From positions 576,001 through 640,000 of the forward strand of contig OY969926.1 in NCBI GenBank assembly GCA_963704645.1: a stretch of DNA of 64,000 nt. The letters run 5' to 3'. The notes below the pieces were generated by a model. That model did not search any database, was not told where the DNA came from, and saw only the letters and a program-made list of their open reading frames with translations. Both the position numbers and the translations under genes were made by a program. Positions 57,938-64,000 of this stretch are shown in pieces (position 1 is the first letter of the stretch; every line of letters starts with the position of its first letter). Origin of the DNA: an uncultured bacterium (lineage in GTDB: Bacteria > Patescibacteriota > JACMRA01).

Positions 57938-60900
57938 ATGTCCAAACCAGGTCAAATTAATAATTCTAAAATAAAAAAAGAAGAATCTAAATTAGATAAC
58001 TCTAAATCAAATCTATCTAATACAGATAACCATCAAATAGTTAAAAATACTAAACCTACTATAGCACAGTTCCTCCAATCTAAAAAAGGAAAATATTCTT
58101 TAATCTCTCTTCTAGTTCTTTCTGTACTTCTTATCTCAGGATTATTTACATATAACCTATTAAAACAAGATTCTGATACAGCCAAAGCAGCAAATACAAC
58201 AGCAACAGCTTTTAACCCTTCAGACTGTGCAACTTATGCATCTAATGGAGGAACAAATACAGCAGGAGTATGTTTTGTAAAAATGTATGAAAAGAACGGA
58301 CAATTATATAGAAGTTTAGATATTGCTCCAGGAGAATTAGTTAATGTAAGAAACTATTATAATAATACAACCACAGCATCTGTAACAGCAGCTAACATTA
58401 CAGATAGTATGCCAGCCAACTTCACAAGAGTAGGAGCAGTAACAAATAGTTATGTAGATGCAACTCCTGTAACCTTAAACAATAATGTATTTACAGGACA
58501 GAACCTTTCAGTTGCTCCAGGTGCTGGTTACTTTGGTTATGCTGCAGACAATACTCTTACTTCTTCTAATTTGGAGTTGGGGAAGAAGAGGTATCTAGAC
58601 TTCATTAGATGTACTTTGCTTACAGGAAGTGGTGGTAACACAATTAGCCCATTACCTTTTACAAATACAAACAACAACGGCGTTGCAACTACTCAAGCTG
58701 AGTGTGATTCAACTATTGGTTGGAGTTCCATACCTTCCCTTAATAGCGGTAGTTACAAAGGAATAGATACATTAGGGAAAAGATATGCCGACTTTTTACG
58801 ATGCCAGGCTACATATGCAGGAAGTACTGGAAATATTGTTCAATTACTTAGTTACACCAATACAGATAATAACGGTGTTGCAACTACTCAGGCTCAATGC
58901 GATGGTAGTATTGGTTGGAGTTCAGTACCAGCAAGTAACTCAGGTAGTCTTAAAGGCTTTGATTCCTTAGGTAAAAGATATTTTGATTATCACAGATGTT
59001 TAAGTTCTGGAGGTGGAATAATTGTTAGCCCTGTTGGCTATACAAATACAAACAACAACGGTGTTGCCACAACCCAAGCCGAGTGTGACTCAACTATTGG
59101 TTGGAATTCTACCCCAGCAAACAACTCTGGAAGTCTTAAAGGCTTTGATACCCTAGACACCACCAGAGGCTACGGCTACATCTCATACTCCATGCAAGCT
59201 CCAACAACAGGACTTACCAACGGACAACAGGTTGGCACAACGGGGACTCTAACAGCATCAGGAGCTAAAACATCAGGAACAGCATCTTCTTTAACAATAA
59301 CCAACGTATCCACTCCAAACATAACCTACACAAAACTATACTCTGTAGACGGAGGAAGTACATGGAGCCCTACAGTATCTGCTAATCCAGGACAAAGTGT
59401 TCTAGTAAGATTATGGAATGAAAACACAGGAGGATTATCTTCAACAAGTGCTAACATTAAAGACAGCCTTCCAAATACATTTACCTATGTAGCAGGATCT
59501 GCTAAAAACTGTTTAAATCCAAGTACTACAACAATTACTTCTCCAGATAACACAGAACTAGTTTGTGATAGTGGAACTTCTACTCAGAAAGATTCTTTAT
59601 TCTCTACTCTTACAAATGCCAGTGGAGTTTCTCCAAGTGCAGGACTTTATGATGCTGCTGGAACTACTGTTGCTTCTGGTGGAACTGCTTTTAATGCCAT
59701 ATCAGGAACTAAGGATATTGGGAAGATGAGGTATGTTCAACAACAAGTTTGTAATTATGTAAGAACCACCGAGCAAGCAGTAGTGTTTGATAGAATTCTT
59801 ATTCAAGCGAATAATATTCCAAACTTTACGGTAACCCCAGTAACTACTCTTTGCCCACTTACTAACACCAACCCAAGCTATCAATTAGGCACAATTCAAG
59901 GAGATTCAGCAGTAAATACTGTAGATACATTGGGTGATAGATATTCTCACCAGCAAGTTTGTAACTATATAAGACAATCTGATCAGGCCGTAGTGTTTGA
60001 TAGATATTTAGTTCAAGCAAATAACAATCCTATTCTTTCAATTACTCCAGTAACTACACTTTGCCCACTTACTAACACCAACCCAAGTTACCAATTAGGT
60101 AGTGTGCCTGGAGATTCATCTATCAATACAATTGACACGCTAGGTGACAGATATGTTCACCAACAAGTTTGTAATTATGTAAGAACTAGTGACCAAGCTG
60201 TACTGTTTGATAGAATACTTATTGAAGCAAATAATAATCCAAACTTCACAGTAACCCCAGTAACTACTCTTTGCCCATTTACCAATACCAACCCAAGTTA
60301 TCAATTAGTAGACTCAGCCATCAATACAGTTGATACCCTAGACGCCACCCGCTCCAAATCATACATCCAATACGAAATGATTATCCCAGCAGGAACAGCA
60401 GGAGGAAACTATGGAACACAATCTACAATAGCTTCTACAGCAACAACCCCAGAATTTACATCAGTAAACAGTGGAACTAATGGAAGTGGAATTACAGTTG
60501 CAGGAGATCCAGCCTTTAGTGTAAAGAAACTTCTTGCTTTACCAACTTCAGGAACAGGAGCAAGTGCAGTATGTCCAACATCTACTTCAAGCTACTCAAC
60601 AACATTATCTAATACACCAGCAGGTTCTACAGTATGTGTAAGACTAGCTTACCAGAATAAAACTAGTGGAGCAGTAAGTAATGCTAGAATAAGGGATGAA
60701 ATTAATAATTCCCCAAGTGGCTTTACCCGAGTAGCAGGATCAACTCTTAACTGTTTAACTCCAGCTACAGGAAGTGAAATATGTAATACCTCTGCAGGTA
60801 TGGGAGGAGCTATTGATGAAAATTCTGTTTGGGTTACTAGAGTAGCTGATCCAGCTCCGGGACAAGGTGGAGGTAGTACCGATAATCAACTAGATATTAC

Positions 60901-62002
60901 ACCACATGCAGGCTTTTACGGAATCTCTTCTAATTCAATTACAGGTGTTATGGAAATGGGTAAAAAAAGATATGCAGACAGAATCAGCTGTGTAGCTTTA
61001 TCTGGAAGTGCACAAGAAACATATATCCAAAAATTCTCCAACTTAAATTCAACTAGCCCAGATGGTGATTGTGGAGGGCCAAGTAATGTTGCTTCAATAA
61101 CTCAAATTGATACTTTTGCACAAAGGTACGCCCATAGAATTAGTTGTACTGCTTACAGCGGTGATGCTCAAGAAGTGTACATCCAAAGATACGTTAATAC
61201 TACAACAATAAACAATGGTGGCGATTGTACTCCAACCGGTGTGGCATCTATAATTGCCATTGATACACTTGGTTTAAGATATGCTCACAGAGTAAGCTGT
61301 AATGCTTTAGCTGGTAAACCTCAAGAATTGTACATTCAATTGTTCTCTAACATTCTAACAACAAACAATGGTGGCGATTGTTCAACTGCTGGCGTAGCAT
61401 CTATTAATGTATTTGACCTCCTAGACCCAGCCAACGGAACAGGCTACATCCAATACAAGATGTTAACCCCAACCAATCCAACAAGCACTAGTATTACATT
61501 ACCAAACGTAACCCTAGCAGGAGACAACCAAACAACATCAACTTCACCTGCTACAATTAACTTTACAAATATTCCAGAAGTAGGATGCTCAACCACAGAC
61601 CCATGTGCCCTATTCGAAACAGCACTAACCTACAGTCCAACCCAAGCCCTAGCCAAAAGATATGGAGCTTCTGGTTCTACAAACTCAGATAACCTAATAC
61701 TAACTCTAAAAGATACAAGATTAGAACAATCTGGATTTACTACAACATGTTCCATAAAATATAAATTCAGAACAGATACAAGCTACAGAATATTAACAAC
61801 AAACTCTACATACAATAATACTACAGGATGTACAGGAAACCTTCTTAAAGCAAATCAACTATTATTCAATGTAGACTTTGAAATAACTGCAATAACAACA
61901 AATACAACTACAAACACTACAAAGAACTATCTAATCTATTCCAACTATGATTTCAAAGCTGGTTCTATTGGAGTTACGTCTATTGGTGGAAGTGGGTTGT
62001 AG
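57938..62002 (+). CDS. Modular secreted surface protein B: three DUF11-like scaffolds, each with a threefold 2-Cys repeat insert
   Basis: Same signal region as protein A; three PG..V.VR..N...A.I.D..P..F..V domains; GKxRY-(repeat)x3-LD...YI.Y.M; shared C-terminus. Confidence 0.82.
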   Translation: MSKPGQINNSKIKKEESKLDNSKSNLSNTDNHQIVKNTKPTIAQFLQSKKGKYSLISLLVLSVLLISGLFTYNLLKQDSDTAKAANTTATAFNPSDCATYASNGGTNTAGVCFVKMYEKNGQLYRSLDIAPGELVNVRNYYNNTTTASVTAANITDSMPANFTRVGAVTNSYVDATPVTLNNNVFTGQNLSVAPGAGYFGYAADNTLTSSNLELGKKRYLDFIRCTLLTGSGGNTISPLPFTNTNNNGVATTQAECDSTIGWSSIPSLNSGSYKGIDTLGKRYADFLRCQATYAGSTGNIVQLLSYTNTDNNGVATTQAQCDGSIGWSSVPASNSGSLKGFDSLGKRYFDYHRCLSSGGGIIVSPVGYTNTNNNGVATTQAECDSTIGWNSTPANNSGSLKGFDTLDTTRGYGYISYSMQAPTTGLTNGQQVGTTGTLTASGAKTSGTASSLTITNVSTPNITYTKLYSVDGGSTWSPTVSANPGQSVLVRLWNENTGGLSSTSANIKDSLPNTFTYVAGSAKNCLNPSTTTITSPDNTELVCDSGTSTQKDSLFSTLTNASGVSPSAGLYDAAGTTVASGGTAFNAISGTKDIGKMRYVQQQVCNYVRTTEQAVVFDRILIQANNIPNFTVTPVTTLCPLTNTNPSYQLGTIQGDSAVNTVDTLGDRYSHQQVCNYIRQSDQAVVFDRYLVQANNNPILSITPVTTLCPLTNTNPSYQLGSVPGDSSINTIDTLGDRYVHQQVCNYVRTSDQAVLFDRILIEANNNPNFTVTPVTTLCPFTNTNPSYQLVDSAINTVDTLDATRSKSYIQYEMIIPAGTAGGNYGTQSTIASTATTPEFTSVNSGTNGSGITVAGDPAFSVKKLLALPTSGTGASAVCPTSTSSYSTTLSNTPAGSTVCVRLAYQNKTSGAVSNARIRDEINNSPSGFTRVAGSTLNCLTPATGSEICNTSAGMGGAIDENSVWVTRVADPAPGQGGGSTDNQLDITPHAGFYGISSNSITGVMEMGKKRYADRISCVALSGSAQETYIQKFSNLNSTSPDGDCGGPSNVASITQIDTFAQRYAHRISCTAYSGDAQEVYIQRYVNTTTINNGGDCTPTGVASIIAIDTLGLRYAHRVSCNALAGKPQELYIQLFSNILTTNNGGDCSTAGVASINVFDLLDPANGTGYIQYKMLTPTNPTSTSITLPNVTLAGDNQTTSTSPATINFTNIPEVGCSTTDPCALFETALTYSPTQALAKRYGASGSTNSDNLILTLKDTRLEQSGFTTTCSIKYKFRTDTSYRILTTNSTYNNTTGCTGNLLKANQLLFNVDFEITAITTNTTTNTTKNYLIYSNYDFKAGSIGVTSIGGSGL
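61599..62002 (+). repeat. 404-bp direct repeat, copy 2
   Basis: Offset 7264 bp from copy 1. Confidence 0.95.
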
Positions 62003-62031
62003 GGGTTAATCATTGAAATTCACAACACTCT

Positions 62032-62056
62032 GTAGGGGAGATATTTACTATCTCCC
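62032..62056 (+). repeat. GTAG-type REP palindrome
   Basis: GTAG-GGGAGATA-tttac-TATCTCCC. Confidence 0.65.
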
Positions 62057-62132
62057 GGGGTAAACGAAGGGAAATGGAGAAGAAACTACGAACCGTAACT
62101 TCCTCGTTTCCTCAAACTCCACGCGCACCCAA

Positions 62133-62174
62133 ACTACCCCCAAGCCTTTGGCTTGACCCCTTACCAGGGGTACT
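62133..62174 (+). repeat. 42-nt palindromic element, intergenic (copy d)
   Basis: ACTACCCC-CAAGCCTTTGGCTTG-ACCCCT-TACC-AGGGGTACT. Confidence 0.85.
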
Positions 62175-62375
62175 TTTTATTTTGCGGATTTTTTTTCCAA
62201 TTGCATTGCTTGTTTATAAATATACTGCCCCCATTTTTGGTAGTTTGTTGCCTTATTCTTAAGATTATTTATTGGAATTACAAATACTGAATGATATTTT
62301 ATGGGAAATAAATGCCGTTTTCCTAGAAGCAAATAATTTTGACATATAACTAATGAAAAGCTATCCTGTAGGCAC

Positions 62376-63872
62376 ATGCTTTCTGTTACCTTTTGTGGAG
62401 CTACACGCACAGTTACGGGTTCTCAATATTTTTTGGAATACGCAGCTCCAGATGGTAGTAAATTTAATTTTTGTCTAGATTCGGGAATGTTCCAAGTGGG
62501 GCAAAAAGTGAATTTGTACAAGCTTAATTCTTATTTGGTTTTCGACCCGAAAAAACTTGATTGTATTGTTTTAACCCATGCTCATTTAGACCACTGCGGA
62601 CGTATTCCATATTTAATTAAAATGGGTTTTGGAGGAAAAATTTATTCTACATTAGCCACAAAACAAATTGCAGAAGTGGTAATGCGAGATTCAGCAAGGC
62701 ACAATTCAGAAGGATATTTGGCCCCAGATTTTGGTGGATTGGTTGATAGCCCTAATAACTCATCTGATGGAAATTTGAACAGTGTAAGTGATTCCAAAAA
62801 CAGCTCTAGAAATATATTGCCAGCATTGTACACTGAAGTAGAAGTAGACTCTGCTATGGGTAGATTTAAAACCTATGAATATTTAGAAAAGTTTAGAATT
62901 CACCCAAATTTAGAAGTAGAGTTTCACGATGCTGGTCATATTTTAGGTTCGGCTTTTGCAATTTTTACAGAAATTAGTTCCGGTAAACAAGTAGTTTTTT
63001 CTGGTGATTTAGGTAACGAACATAAGCCAATTATTAAAGACCCGGAAATGCCAGATACACCACCTGGGCTAACACACATTTTCACAGAAACCACCTATGG
63101 TAATAGGGTTCACCCTAAAGTAGATACCAAGCAGCATTTACGTGAAATTGCTAAGAAAACTTTACGTAGAGGAGGAAAATTAATTATTCCATCTTTTTCT
63201 GTGGAGCGTGCACAAGAGGTAATTTATTATTTGGTTGAATTAATGCGGGAAGGCAAAATAGACCAAGTTCCAATTTTCCTAGATTCGCCAATGGCTTCAA
63301 AAGTGTTGGAAATTTGTTTAAACCACCCTGAACTTTACGACAAAGATATTAAACAAAAAATTGCCGACGGAGCTAATCCGCTTCAGTATAAAAACTTGAA
63401 AATTTTGGAAAGTGTGCATCAGTCTAAAACTGTAAATGAAAACCATAAACCATGTATTTTAATTGCAGGAAGTGGAATGTTGAACGGTGGAAGAATTTTG
63501 AAACATTTGCAATTTCATTTGAATAACCCTTTAAATACGCTTTTGTTTGTTGGCTACCAAGCCGAAGGAACACTTGGAAGAAAAATTTTAGAAGGTGCTG
63601 AAGAGGTGGAAATTGAAGAAAAAATGGTGGAAGTTTTGGCGCAACTAGAAACTATGAACGAATTTTCGGCTCATGCAGATAGCAGAATTTTGAAAAACTG
63701 GGTATTAAGTTTAATGCGAGATTTACCAGATGATAAAGTTCCAACTGTATTTTTAATGCATGGTGAAAAAGAAGCTTCTTTAACTTTTGGGAAGGAACTG
63801 GAAAATAGTTTCATGTCTAAAATTAAAACCTACTGGCCAAGATTTTCAGAACGAGTAGTTATGTGGGAGTAG
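62376..63872 (+). CDS. MBL-fold beta-CASP ribonuclease
   Basis: GAT.TVTGS, THAHLDHCGR, DAGHILGS, FSGDLG, ETTYG, AGSGMLNGGR, GYQAEGTLG, FSAHAD, MHGE. Confidence 0.94.
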   Translation: MLSVTFCGATRTVTGSQYFLEYAAPDGSKFNFCLDSGMFQVGQKVNLYKLNSYLVFDPKKLDCIVLTHAHLDHCGRIPYLIKMGFGGKIYSTLATKQIAEVVMRDSARHNSEGYLAPDFGGLVDSPNNSSDGNLNSVSDSKNSSRNILPALYTEVEVDSAMGRFKTYEYLEKFRIHPNLEVEFHDAGHILGSAFAIFTEISSGKQVVFSGDLGNEHKPIIKDPEMPDTPPGLTHIFTETTYGNRVHPKVDTKQHLREIAKKTLRRGGKLIIPSFSVERAQEVIYYLVELMREGKIDQVPIFLDSPMASKVLEICLNHPELYDKDIKQKIADGANPLQYKNLKILESVHQSKTVNENHKPCILIAGSGMLNGGRILKHLQFHLNNPLNTLLFVGYQAEGTLGRKILEGAEEVEIEEKMVEVLAQLETMNEFSAHADSRILKNWVLSLMRDLPDDKVPTVFLMHGEKEASLTFGKELENSFMSKIKTYWPRFSERVVMWE

Positions 63873-63918
63873 GGGGAAGATAAATATTTTTCCGTAGGGG
63901 CTATGTTCACCATCGCCT
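63869..63918 (+). repeat. Tandem GTAG-type REP-like palindromes
   Basis: GTAG-GGGGAAGATA-AA-TATTTTTCC then GTAG-GGGCTATG-ttcac-CATCGCCT. Confidence 0.5.
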
Positions 63919-64000
63919 GTTTTATTTTGTGCTAGAATTTAATTTGTGAAGCATGTTCTATCAATTTATTTTAGCCAGCAGGAATAAATTGAACTTGGTT

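Noticed and set aside
54335-62002. Diversity-generating retroelement (TR/VR pair)
   Set aside because: No reverse transcriptase in the window; both copies are coding and the differences (C/T, T/G, A/G) are not adenine-specific
62074-62410. ORFs 62074-62262 (+) and 62177-62410 (-)
   Set aside because: The first runs through palindromic repeats, the second overlaps the RNase start; neither has protein-like motifs
104-62833. Short antisense or overlapping ORFs in the track (e.g. 2035-2412, 24610-25011, 40847-41362, 53946-54329, 55215-55613)
   Set aside because: They are shadows of well-supported genes on the other strand or frame
1-64000. CRISPR array, tRNA or rRNA genes
   Set aside because: No regularly spaced repeat-spacer array, cas gene, cloverleaf/T-loop pattern or rRNA-like segment recognised by eye
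1-64000. Alternative genetic code (UGA=Gly as in Gracilibacteria/Absconditabacteria)
   Set aside because: Conserved genes are full length under code 11, and TGA ends genes (e.g. 43512, 33042)
63953-64000. Start of a CDS at the window end
   Set aside because: Only 16 codons visible; cannot be supported

Overview
This is a low-GC, AT-rich bacterial chromosome segment in the standard genetic code. A Patescibacteria/CPR-like origin is my inference from the Shine-Dalgarno-poor core genes, non-canonical EF-P loop, DnaX without its Zn module, and sortase/pilin-like genes. Housekeeping genes (phrB, recX, eno, tsaD, murF-like, fmt, dnaX, trmD, prfA, uppS, efp, ftsE, dnaJ, lspA, beta-CASP RNase) are interleaved with accessory cassettes. 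Main observations: (1) two secreted modular proteins share a promoter, an N-terminus and a near-identical 404-bp 3' end, and carry different threefold 2-Cys repeat modules. (2) Variable segments repeatedly begin after G/T-rich DNA and end before C/A-rich DNA, both inside and between genes. (3) A covarying 42-nt palindromic element is inserted in frame in tsaD (twice) and fmt. (4) A PA14 polymorphic-toxin-like locus has duplicated downstream genes and an orphan copy of its C-terminus. (5) A conserved 40-50 bp element lies upstream of three accessory units. (6) A degenerate class II ribonucleotide-reductase fusion, a giant solenoid-HD protein and a candidate small RNA are also present. No rRNA, tRNA, CRISPR array or reverse transcriptase was seen. 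All calls are from manual motif reading, with no database searches.
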